From assembly GCA_013695245.1 (NCBI GenBank), contig JACDAW010000020.1, positions 1-24,805 on the forward strand: a stretch of 24,805 bases of DNA, in the 5' to 3' direction. Below the pieces are notes generated by a model, which saw nothing but the letters and a program-made list of their open reading frames with translations, ran no database searches and had not been told where the DNA came from. Made by a program: the position numbers and the translations under genes. Below are positions 1 to 7,258 of this stretch, piece after piece. Source of the DNA: Pyrinomonadaceae bacterium. Lineage in GTDB: Bacteria; Acidobacteriota; Blastocatellia; Pyrinomonadales; Pyrinomonadaceae. Numbering within the stretch: the first letter of the stretch is position 1; the number at the start of each line of letters is the position of its first letter.

Positions 1-127
1 TCTTCGGGTTATGCTTGGCTAATACCTTCGTGATTGCCGCCGTTAACGTCGTTTTCCCATGATCCACGTGCCCGATGGTCCCAATATTGACATGCGGCTT
101 CGACCGGTCAAACTTTTCCTTACTCAT
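1..127 (-). CDS. tuf: Elongation factor Tu, N-terminal part (runs off the left edge)
   Basis: Minus strand from ATG at 127 reads [42 protein letters not shown], with the EF-Tu P-loop GHVDHGKT. It lies directly downstream of the Thr-Tyr-Gly-Thr tRNA cluster. Confidence 0.98.
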   Translation of the reverse strand, partial: MSKEKFDRSKPHVNIGTIGHVDHGKTTLTAAITKVLAKHNPK

Positions 128-185
128 CCTGCAACATCCTTTTGTTCAAGTATTTGTCCGCGTTAAAGTGTTACCGTTGATGTAA

Positions 186-257
186 AGCCCGCGATGAGAT
201 TTGAACTCATGACCTCCTCCTTACCAAGGAGGCGCTCTACCCCTGAGCTACGCGGGC
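186..257 (-). tRNA. tRNA-Thr(GGT), CCA not encoded
   Basis: Cloverleaf GCCCGCG...CGCGGGC-T; anticodon arm CCTCC-TTGGTAA-GGAGG; T-loop TTCAAAT. Confidence 0.97.
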
Positions 258-286
258 AACTTAAAGAATACGAGCGACATTAAATT

Positions 287-362
287 TGGAGCGGGAGACG
301 AGGCTCGAACTCGCGACCCTCAGCTTGGAAGGCTGATGCTCTACCAACTGAGCTACTCCCGC
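287..362 (-). tRNA. tRNA-Gly(TCC)
   Basis: Cloverleaf GCGGGAG...CTCCCGC-TCCA; anticodon arm TCAGC-CTTCCAA-GCTGA. Confidence 0.98.
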
Positions 363-368
363 GAAGCA

Positions 369-435
369 AAGTAGAAAGGCAGAAGGATGAAGGCGGAATG
401 AAAACATTTAGCTTCATCCTTCCGCCTTCCTACTT
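369..435 (-). repeat. 24-bp hairpin made of degenerate 7-nt repeats in the Tyr-Gly tRNA spacer
   Basis: 369-392 pairs with 412-435, giving 22 Watson-Crick pairs plus 2 positions that are G-U only on the minus (transcribed) strand. Arms consist of units such as AAAGTAG/AAAGGCA/GAAGGAT/GAAGGCG. Confidence 0.85.
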
Positions 436-446
436 CATCCTTTGCT

Positions 447-534
447 TGGTGCAGGGGGTAGGATTCGAACCTACGTAAGGCGTCAGCCTGCCGGGTTTAC
501 AGCCCGGTGCCATTAACCACTCGACCACCCCTGC
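447..534 (-). tRNA. tRNA-Tyr(GTA)
   Basis: Cloverleaf GCAGGGG...CCCCTGC-ACCA; anticodon arm CCGGG-CTGTAAA-CCCGG; long variable arm AGGC-TGAC-GCCT. Confidence 0.98.
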
Positions 535-550
535 GCTTTTCAAAGACATA

Positions 551-623
551 AGCCGGCGAAGGGACTTGAACCCCCGACATTCTGATTACAAATCAGATGC
601 TCTACCAACTGAGCTACGCCGGC
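551..623 (-). tRNA. tRNA-Thr(TGT), CCA not encoded
   Basis: Cloverleaf GCCGGCG...CGCCGGC-T; anticodon arm TCTGA-TTTGTAA-TCAGA. Confidence 0.97.
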
Positions 624-687
624 CCACTTGCAACATAGTCACTAAGCCCCGCTACAGAAAATAATGCCAGCTTGTGACAAAGCGGTC

Positions 688-716
688 ATACTAACAACCT
701 CTTTTGGAAAACGCAA
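688..716 (-). promoter_or_regulatory. Sigma70-type promoter of the tRNA-tuf operon
   Basis: Minus strand TTGCGT-N17-TAGTAT with an extended -10 TG, about 65 nt upstream of the first tRNA. Confidence 0.7.
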
Positions 717-785
717 GCCGCTCAATACAATCTATGTTTACCATCTAATATACATACCCGCGCGTTTAACAAAGCAAAATTTGTA

Positions 786-815
786 TTGACGCTCGCTTCC
801 AGATCAAAGTAGGAT
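786..815 (+). promoter_or_regulatory. Candidate sigma70-type promoter for the TsaP/FlgT-like gene
   Basis: TTGACG-N18-TAGGAT preceded by AT-rich DNA. Confidence 0.55.
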
Positions 816-964
816 GGTTGGTAGCCCGCAAGCGGCTTTTGGATAGTTTGTCCATAATGTGCCGCTTGTGCCTTCACACTTTTAAGTTTCCTTTACCCCT
901 TAACAGCGCAAGTTTGCTGGCGATGTCCTTTAACTTCCGATCAAATCTTCGAGGAGAATTTCCC

Positions 965-2008
965 GTGCCTAGTGTTTTCAACTCTTCTGTTCACAAAATT
1001 TTTAAAGCTTTACTGACACTGATTGTGTGTTTTCTTGCCGGTAATTACGCTTACGCGCAAACATCCGAAGCAAGCGCGCCGCAATCGTCGTCGCCGATGC
1101 AGCAACAACAATCAACCGTTATGCTTCCACAAGCCGCGCCTGCGCTAACTGTTGCTCGCGCCTCTGAACTCGCTTGCGGCGGGTTTATCGAGTATGCGCC
1201 GGGCGGAAACTATCTGGAAATCGTCGGGGGCGAAGAGGAACAGGAGCAGCGCGTTTATGCCGAAGGCGATGTGGTTTTTATCAACGCCGGACGCGGGCAA
1301 GGCTCATACCTCGGGCAAGAGTTCTCCGTTGTGCGCCCGCGCGGGCAGTTCACCACGCGGTTGACGAACAAGAAGGGTTTTCTCGGCGTTTACACGCAAG
1401 AAGTCGGGCGCGTGCGCGTCACGGAAGTTAAAGAGAATGTTTCGGTCGCAATCGTTTCAGCAACGTGCGAGACGATCTTAAACGGCGATCTGCTGCGTTC
1501 GCTTCCCGGTCGCGTCGCGCCACCAGCGCGCACGGAAACAACCTTTGATCGCTTCGCTGATCCGACGGGCAAGCAGATGGGACGCATTGTGCTCGCGCGC
1601 GACGGACGTGAGCTTGTGTCGCGCGATCAGATCGTGTTTATCGATCTCGGCGCGGAAGATAATGTTCGCGCGGGCGATTACTTGACGATCTTCCGTCCCG
1701 CAGGCACGGGCAACATCACGCGCTTCCGCGACGAGGAGATCGCTCTTGCGGCAAGCGGCGGATTTGAGAGCGAACGCTTTCGCGGCGGGAAATTCTCTAA
1801 TCAAGCGCAGCGCGTGAGACGACCGAATCACACGGGCGTTTACGGCCCCACTGTTTCGACGCCGGAAGTTAGAAGCCGTCGCCCGCCCGTTCCGCGCAAA
1901 GTTGTCGGCGAGATGGTGATTCTCAACGTGCAACGCCGCACGGCGACGGCCGTTATAACCCGCGTCGCTCAAGAAGTTCATACGGGCGATTATGTCGAAG
2001 TTCAATAA
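965..2008 (+). CDS. Secreted protein with tandem TsaP/FlgT-C-terminal-like beta domains and no LysM domain
   Basis: GTG at 965 follows GAGGAG (951-956) and is in frame with ORF 818..2008. Signal peptide ends AYA-Q. Two repeats of the pattern 'GD(V/I)VFI(N/D)xG...G..(F/L)(S/T)(V/I)xR...VG...(V/I)...V...(S/A)xA.(I/V)....(E)...GD', resembling TsaP C-terminal / FlgT_C domains. Confidence 0.7.
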   Translation: MPSVFNSSVHKIFKALLTLIVCFLAGNYAYAQTSEASAPQSSSPMQQQQSTVMLPQAAPALTVARASELACGGFIEYAPGGNYLEIVGGEEEQEQRVYAEGDVVFINAGRGQGSYLGQEFSVVRPRGQFTTRLTNKKGFLGVYTQEVGRVRVTEVKENVSVAIVSATCETILNGDLLRSLPGRVAPPARTETTFDRFADPTGKQMGRIVLARDGRELVSRDQIVFIDLGAEDNVRAGDYLTIFRPAGTGNITRFRDEEIALAASGGFESERFRGGKFSNQAQRVRRPNHTGVYGPTVSTPEVRSRRPPVPRKVVGEMVILNVQRRTATAVITRVAQEVHTGDYVEVQ

Positions 2009-2062
2009 CATGCTTGCTGCGACGTCCACGCGCCGCAATTATAGAATTAGAAAGGTAAGGTA

Positions 2063-2149
2063 ATGATCGGACACTTAATCGGAATGTCACTGACGTTGGT
2101 CGTGCTCGGCGGTTTGGGACTTGCTGTTTCTGTAGCTAAGAAATTTTAA
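2063..2149 (+). CDS. Putative 28-aa single-pass membrane peptide MIGHLIGMSLTLVVLGGLGLAVSVAKKF
   Basis: ATG at 2063 follows AGAAAGGTAAGG (Shine-Dalgarno-like). About 20 contiguous hydrophobic residues are followed by KKF. The TAA (2147-2149) overlaps the pgsA stop on the opposite strand. Confidence 0.5.
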   Translation: MIGHLIGMSLTLVVLGGLGLAVSVAKKF

Positions 2150-2877
2150 CTCTGCGTTGCCGCTGTCGCCGCACGCGCCGCTTCGCGTCGTCGTTCCGCT
2201 TCGCGCCCTGTGATCAGATCGTAGAAAGCGCGAAAGTAGCCGTACATCGAAGCGCACGCCGAGAGCACCACGACCCACAACATCGCGCGCCCCGCCGTAT
2301 AGAGCAGCACTTGCCAATCGTTAACGCTCGTTGCTCCTGTGCCGAAGAAGTGGCGCAAAGCTGTTTGCAACTCCGGCGCTGTCCAGAATTGAATCGCGGG
2401 AAACGCGCGCCCGAAATTCGCCACGGGCGGCGCGCCAGACACACTCGATAAAATCAGCAAAGCGATTGTCACCACCTGCGCAAGCATCTTGAATTTGCCC
2501 ATGCGCGAGGCGGCGATCACAAACCCTTCGGTTGCCGCCACCGACCGCAAACCCGAAACCGCAAACTCGCGCCCGATGATAATCACCACCGCCCACGCCG
2601 GTGCGAGACGATTTTCGACGAGCGAGATCAAGGCGGCGGACACAAGCAATTTGTCGGCGATTGGATCGAGGAGTATGCCGAGTTGCGAAACTTGATCGCG
2701 CCTGCGCGCGATGCGTCCGTCCAAGTAATCGGTGAGTGCGGCGAGCAAGAAGATTGCCACGCCTAAGATGTGGCGCGGCACGCCGAGCCAATCTTCCGCA
2801 ACAGGAGTAAGAAGCACGACGACGAGAAGCGGAACAACAAAGATGCGTGAGAGCGTTAATGAGTTTGGTAGATTCAC
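2146..2877 (-). CDS. pgsA: CDP-diacylglycerol--glycerol-3-phosphate 3-phosphatidyltransferase
   Basis: N-terminus (M)NLPNSLTLSRI and CDP-alcohol phosphotransferase motif DYLDGRIARR...G..LDPIADK. The likely GTG start at 2877 follows GGAAGG. Confidence 0.92.
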   Translation of the reverse strand: MNLPNSLTLSRIFVVPLLVVVLLTPVAEDWLGVPRHILGVAIFLLAALTDYLDGRIARRRDQVSQLGILLDPIADKLLVSAALISLVENRLAPAWAVVIIIGREFAVSGLRSVAATEGFVIAASRMGKFKMLAQVVTIALLILSSVSGAPPVANFGRAFPAIQFWTAPELQTALRHFFGTGATSVNDWQVLLYTAGRAMLWVVVLSACASMYGYFRAFYDLITGREAERRREAARAATAATQS

Positions 2878-2919
2878 GCCTTCCAATTGCCTTCTCGGTC
2901 TTTTCCCACGATGAGAATA

Positions 2920-2947
2920 TTGACGCTAAAGAGTTGAGTGTTATTCT
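2920..2947 (+). promoter_or_regulatory. Candidate plus-strand promoter inside the pgsA leader
   Basis: TTGACG-N16-TATTCT. Confidence 0.4.
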
Positions 2948-2960
2948 CAGCTCTTTGCGG

Positions 2961-2990
2961 AGTGTATTGTTTGCCGCCGGAGAGTGTCAA
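2961..2990 (-). promoter_or_regulatory. Candidate pgsA promoter
   Basis: Minus strand TTGACA-N18-TACACT, about 85 nt upstream of the pgsA start. Confidence 0.6.
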
Positions 2991-3042
2991 GGTTATGCGG
3001 CGTCGCCGCACGATAAGAATTACACACGCACATGGGCATATC

Positions 3043-3084
3043 AAACGCGCTGCTGATCGCGCTTTTTCAGCAGCGCGTTTCTTT
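3043..3084 (+). terminator. Intrinsic-terminator-like hairpin between pgsA and uvrA
   Basis: Perfect 14-bp inverted repeat AAACGCGCTGCTGA / TCAGCAGCGCGTTT with a 10-nt loop, ending in TTTCTTT. Confidence 0.65.
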
Positions 3085-3111
3085 ACCCACGTCACCGATC
3101 TAATTGCTCAC

Positions 3112-3141
3112 TTGCTTCGCGCTTCGTCCCTCGTTTACAAT
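3112..3141 (+). promoter_or_regulatory. Candidate uvrA promoter
   Basis: TTGCTT-N18-TACAAT about 60 nt upstream of the uvrA ATG. Confidence 0.55.
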
Positions 3142-3199
3142 CGGTGGTTCTGTCGCACGAGAGATTCATAACTATATAGCGACACTCTTTTTTCAAGCA

Positions 3200-6043
3200 A
3201 TGGCAATTGATCGCATCACGGTGCGCGGAGCGCGCCAACACAACCTTAAGAACATCAACGTCGAAATTCCGCGTGATAAATTAACCGTTATTACGGGGCT
3301 GTCCGGTTCCGGCAAGTCGTCGCTCGCTTTCGACACGATCTACGCCGAAGGGCAACGCCGCTACGTCGAATCGCTTTCAGCTTACGCGCGCCAATTTCTC
3401 GATCAACTCGAACGCCCCGATGTAGATTCAATTGATGGGCTTTCGCCTGCGATCTCGATTGAGCAGAAAACCGTTTCGCGCTCGCCGCGGTCAACGGTCG
3501 GCACGGTCACGGAAGTTTACGATTACCTGCGCCTGCTCTTCTCATCCGTCGGGCAGCCACACTGTCATAACTGCGGACTTCCGATCACGCGCCAGTCAGT
3601 CGATCAAATCGTGCAGAACGTTTTGAGTCTGCCGGAAGGAGAGCGCGTGATGATCCTCGCGCCCGTCGTGCGCGGTCGCAAGGGCGAGTTTAAAAAAGAG
3701 ATTGAGAAACTCGCCCGCGACGGTTTTCTTCGCGCGCGAATTGACAACGAAATCGTTTCGCTAGACGAGGAAATAAAACTCGATAAACGGCGCAATCACA
3801 CGATTGAAGTTGTCGTTGATCGTCTTTTGATCAAACCCGGCATTAATGACCGCCTCGCCGAATCCGTGCGCACGGCCTTGAAGTTAACGAACGGCGCGGT
3901 GCTCGTCGCCATCGTTGACGGCGACGAGAAACTTTATTCCGAACGTATGGCGTGCGTTAACTGCGGCATCAACATTCCGCCGCTTGAGCCGCGCTCGTTC
4001 TCTTTCAATTCTGCTTACGGCGCGTGCAAACGCTGTCACGGACTCGGCACGGTGCTCGAAGTCGATCCCGCCAAGAGCGTGCCTGACCCGACGGTTGCCG
4101 CGTCCGCGTGGACGTTTCCCGCGACGGCCGACAAACAAGGCGCGGCGTATCTTCGCAGCGCGCTTGCCGCCATTATCGAACATTTCGGAGCAAACCCTAA
4201 ATCGCACTTCGGCGAACTTACACAAGCGGTGCGCGACGCATTCTTTCGCGGCGTCGAAGGGCAGATCACTTTTCGTCAAGGTCAATACACTTACAAAGGC
4301 GATTGGCGCGGCGCGGTGCGCTGGCTCACTGAGCGGATGAGCGATGCGCCTTCAGAGAAAGTGCGCCTCGCGCTCGAAGAACTCGTTTCGACCGTCGCTT
4401 GCCCGGCGTGCGACGGTCGTCGTCTTCAACCGGAATCGCTCGCAGTGCGCATCGGCGATCTCGGCATTGCCGATTATGCGGCGATGCCGATTGAAGATGC
4501 GGTTGAAGCTTTCGACCGACTGCAACTCAACGAACGCGAAGAACAGATCGCCGGACTCGTCCTGCGCGAGATCAGAAACCGCTTGCGGTTTCTTGAAACG
4601 GTCGGACTCGGTTATCTCACGCTTGATCGCACGTCGGCGACTCTTTCGGGCGGCGAAGGCCAGCGCATCCGACTTGCCACGCAGATCGGCTCGCAACTGC
4701 GCGGCGTGCTCTACGTTTTAGACGAGCCTTCCATCGGACTTCATCCGCGCGATAACCAGCGCTTGCTTGAAACGCTCGCGCAGTTGCGCGATCTCGGCAA
4801 CACCGTGCTCGTCGTGGAACACGACGAAGAGACGATTCGCCGCGCCGATTACGTCGTCGATCTCGGCCCCGGCGCAGGGAGTCACGGCGGATGTGTTGTT
4901 GCCGCGGGCACGCCCGCTGAAGTCGCCTGCAATCCTCAATCAGTGACGGGGCAATATATCTGCGGCGCGACGGAAATTGAAACGCCCACCTCGCGGCGGC
5001 CGCCGAACGGTAAAAGCATTACGATTCAAGGAGCGGCGCACAACAACTTGAAAGAGATCGATGTCACGTTTCCGCTCGGACTTCTGACGGTCGTCACGGG
5101 CGTGAGCGGATCAGGGAAGTCAACGCTTGTTGACGACATTCTTTATCCCGCGCTCGCACGCCATCTCTACAGTTCGATGAGCGAGCCGGGAGCTTTTCGT
5201 TCGATCTCAGGGCTTGAGAATGTTGATAAAGTGATCGAAATTGATCAATCGCCTATCGGACGCACGCCGCGGTCGAATCCGGCGACTTACACAGGATTGT
5301 TTACGCCGATCCGCGAACTCTACGCGATGCTGCCCGAATCCAGAGAGCGCGGTTACAAACCCGGACGCTTCTCATTCAACGTCAAAGGCGGACGCTGCGA
5401 AGCCTGCGAAGGCGACGGAATGAAGCGCATTGAGATGAACTTTCTCCCTGATGTTTACGTGCTCTGCGATGTGTGTCGCGGCGCACGCTACAACCGCGAA
5501 ACGCTGTCGGTGAAATACAAGGGAAAGTCCATCGCTGAACTTTTAGATACGACGATTGAAGAAGCGCTGCCGATTTTAGAAAACATCCCGCAGATCAAAC
5601 CGAAGTTGCAGACGCTTCTGGATGTCGGACTCGGTTATCTCAAGCTTGGTCAATCCGCAACAACTTTGTCGGGCGGCGAAGCGCAACGCATCAAACTCGC
5701 GCGTGAACTCTCGAAGCGCGCGACGGGAAGAACGATTTACATTCTTGACGAGCCGACCACCGGACTCCACTTCGCTGACGTGCATAAACTTCTCGACGTA
5801 TTGCAACGCTTGGTGAGTCTCGGCAACACTGTGATCGTTATTGAGCATAATTTGGACGTGATCAAATCGGCGGATTACATTATTGATCTCGGCCCTGAAG
5901 GCGGCGTGCTTGGCGGGCGCGTCGTCGCTGCCGGATCGCCTGAGGATGTGGCGCGCGTGCGTCGCTCTTATACGGGACAAGCGCTCCGCCCATTGCTCTT
6001 GAACGGTCATGCTGCGACGCGCCGTGAACGAAAAACCGCGTAG
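3200..6043 (+). CDS. uvrA: Excinuclease ABC subunit A
   Basis: Starts [18 protein letters not shown] (ATG at 3200). Two Walker A motifs ([16 protein letters not shown]), two LSGGE signatures and multiple CxxC zinc-finger pairs. Confidence 0.98.
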   Translation: MAIDRITVRGARQHNLKNINVEIPRDKLTVITGLSGSGKSSLAFDTIYAEGQRRYVESLSAYARQFLDQLERPDVDSIDGLSPAISIEQKTVSRSPRSTVGTVTEVYDYLRLLFSSVGQPHCHNCGLPITRQSVDQIVQNVLSLPEGERVMILAPVVRGRKGEFKKEIEKLARDGFLRARIDNEIVSLDEEIKLDKRRNHTIEVVVDRLLIKPGINDRLAESVRTALKLTNGAVLVAIVDGDEKLYSERMACVNCGINIPPLEPRSFSFNSAYGACKRCHGLGTVLEVDPAKSVPDPTVAASAWTFPATADKQGAAYLRSALAAIIEHFGANPKSHFGELTQAVRDAFFRGVEGQITFRQGQYTYKGDWRGAVRWLTERMSDAPSEKVRLALEELVSTVACPACDGRRLQPESLAVRIGDLGIADYAAMPIEDAVEAFDRLQLNEREEQIAGLVLREIRNRLRFLETVGLGYLTLDRTSATLSGGEGQRIRLATQIGSQLRGVLYVLDEPSIGLHPRDNQRLLETLAQLRDLGNTVLVVEHDEETIRRADYVVDLGPGAGSHGGCVVAAGTPAEVACNPQSVTGQYICGATEIETPTSRRPPNGKSITIQGAAHNNLKEIDVTFPLGLLTVVTGVSGSGKSTLVDDILYPALARHLYSSMSEPGAFRSISGLENVDKVIEIDQSPIGRTPRSNPATYTGLFTPIRELYAMLPESRERGYKPGRFSFNVKGGRCEACEGDGMKRIEMNFLPDVYVLCDVCRGARYNRETLSVKYKGKSIAELLDTTIEEALPILENIPQIKPKLQTLLDVGLGYLKLGQSATTLSGGEAQRIKLARELSKRATGRTIYILDEPTTGLHFADVHKLLDVLQRLVSLGNTVIVIEHNLDVIKSADYIIDLGPEGGVLGGRVVAAGSPEDVARVRRSYTGQALRPLLLNGHAATRRERKTA

Positions 6044-6139
6044 TCGCTTTATACTGGCATTGCTTCGTATTTCTTCTTCGTTTGCTCTGCCGGAAATGCG
6101 CGAACATATCGCTTCAACCGTCGCGGACAAAATTGAAAG

Positions 6140-7153
6140 TTGAACGCACGCTTTTCCACTCCGAATCCGCTTAAGGAGTTGCTCAAAACAGCCGTGTCCA
6201 TTTATGACGACGATTTGCGACCGATTGATCTCGCCGGTATCAGCACCTATAAGCTATCCGAGCGTTCAAGCAAAGTTTCGCTTGCGGATTTCGCCGCCCC
6301 CATCAACGAAACGAATTCACTGCGAGAATTCCTAACTGCGTTACCAGACATCTTAGCCGTTCGCACTCTGCGCGGAATCGCCGCGAACATAAGACGTGCG
6401 CGCGAACTGCGCCGCCCCATTATCTGGGGCATCGGCGGTCATGTCGTAAAAACAGGACTCGCGCCCGTGCTGATAGATTTAATGCAGCGCGGGTTTGTGA
6501 CGGCCATTGCCGCTAACGGTTCGGTGCTCGTTCACGACACGGAGATCGCCATCGCAGGTTCAACTTCAGAAGATGTTGATGCGACTCTCGGCGCGGGCGC
6601 GTTCGGCGCGGCGGAGGAGACAGGAAGAATTTTGAACGACGCGGCGCGCGAAGGTGCGCAAGACAAAATCGGTCTGGGTGAAGCTGTAGGACGCGCTCTC
6701 ACAAACATCAATCCGCCGCACGCCGAATTCTCGCTTCTCTGTTCGGCTTACAATGCTCGCGTGCCCTTCACCGCGCACGTCGCCATAGGCACGGACATTA
6801 CGCATTTTCATTCGAGCGCGGATGGCGCAAGCTTAGGCGCAACGACGCACACAGACTTTCGTATCCTTGCCGAACTCGTGCGCCGTATGGATGGTGGCGG
6901 TGTTTATCTCAACATCGGCTCCGCAGTTGTTCTTCCCGAAATCTTCTTGAAAGCCGTCACCCTCGTTAGAAATCTAAATCACCCGCTCACGGATTTCACG
7001 ACCGCCAACTTCGACTTCATCCAATCCTATCGTCCGCTCACTAATGTCGTCCGCCGCCCGACAAGCGAAGGCGCAGGACGCGGTTACTCAATTACCGGAC
7101 ATCACGAACTCACCATTCCTTTACTCGCTGCCGAAATTTTGCGCCACGAATAA
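6140..7153 (+). CDS. Deoxyhypusine-synthase-like (DHS-fold) protein of unknown function; start uncertain (TTG 6140 or GTG 6194)
   Basis: Segments IIWGIGGHVVKTG, ANGSVLVHD, AIGTDITH, YLNIGSAVVLPE and ITGHHELTIPLL follow the order of DHS NAD-binding elements. It resembles the bacterial family I recall as GSU2086-like (unverified). Confidence 0.7.
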   Translation: MNARFSTPNPLKELLKTAVSIYDDDLRPIDLAGISTYKLSERSSKVSLADFAAPINETNSLREFLTALPDILAVRTLRGIAANIRRARELRRPIIWGIGGHVVKTGLAPVLIDLMQRGFVTAIAANGSVLVHDTEIAIAGSTSEDVDATLGAGAFGAAEETGRILNDAAREGAQDKIGLGEAVGRALTNINPPHAEFSLLCSAYNARVPFTAHVAIGTDITHFHSSADGASLGATTHTDFRILAELVRRMDGGGVYLNIGSAVVLPEIFLKAVTLVRNLNHPLTDFTTANFDFIQSYRPLTNVVRRPTSEGAGRGYSITGHHELTIPLLAAEILRHE

Positions 7154-7167
7154 TACAAACGCAGGTA

Positions 7168-7196
7168 TTGACAAACTCTATTTCCTGTCTTAAACT
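7168..7196 (+). promoter_or_regulatory. Sigma70-type promoter of the TonB-dependent receptor gene
   Basis: TTGACA-N17-TAAACT. Confidence 0.8.
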
Positions 7197-7206
7197 CCCC
7201 ACTTCT

Positions 7207-7227
7207 TGAAAATGACTTTCATTTTCA
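7207..7227. promoter_or_regulatory. Fur-box-like operator
   Basis: TGAAAATGA-CTT-TCATTTTCA is a 9-3-9 palindrome. 7208-7226 matches GATAATGATAATCATTATC at 14/19 positions and sits just downstream of the -10 box. Confidence 0.75.
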
Positions 7228-7258
7228 GCACTAATCTATCGTTTATTTGAGGAATTAA

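Noticed and set aside
715-838. Long-range IR AAGCCGCT (715-722) / AGCGGCTT (831-838)
   Set aside because: An 8-bp match over about 110 nt, across two divergent transcripts, is plausibly chance; the 3' copy is better explained by the local leader hairpin.
851-870. dif-like site (CATAATGT)
   Set aside because: Only part of the XerC-arm core is present; the XerD arm TTATGTTAAAT is missing.
818-964. N-terminal extension of ORF 818..2008
   Set aside because: No RBS at 818. A strong GAGGAG precedes the in-frame GTG at 965, which gives a normal signal peptide.
2938-3171. 77-aa plus-strand ORF in the pgsA-uvrA intergenic region
   Set aside because: No recognisable motif, and it runs through a terminator hairpin and two promoter-like sites. 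A shorter leader peptide cannot be excluded but has no support.
3104-3199. Upstream TTG start for uvrA
   Set aside because: UvrA homology begins at MAIDRI (ATG 3200), and the extension overlaps the predicted promoter.
2880-3200. LexA/SOS box upstream of uvrA
   Set aside because: I found no GTTC-N7-GTTC, GAAC-N4-GTTC or CTGT-N8-ACAG match; there is only a single GTTC half-site.
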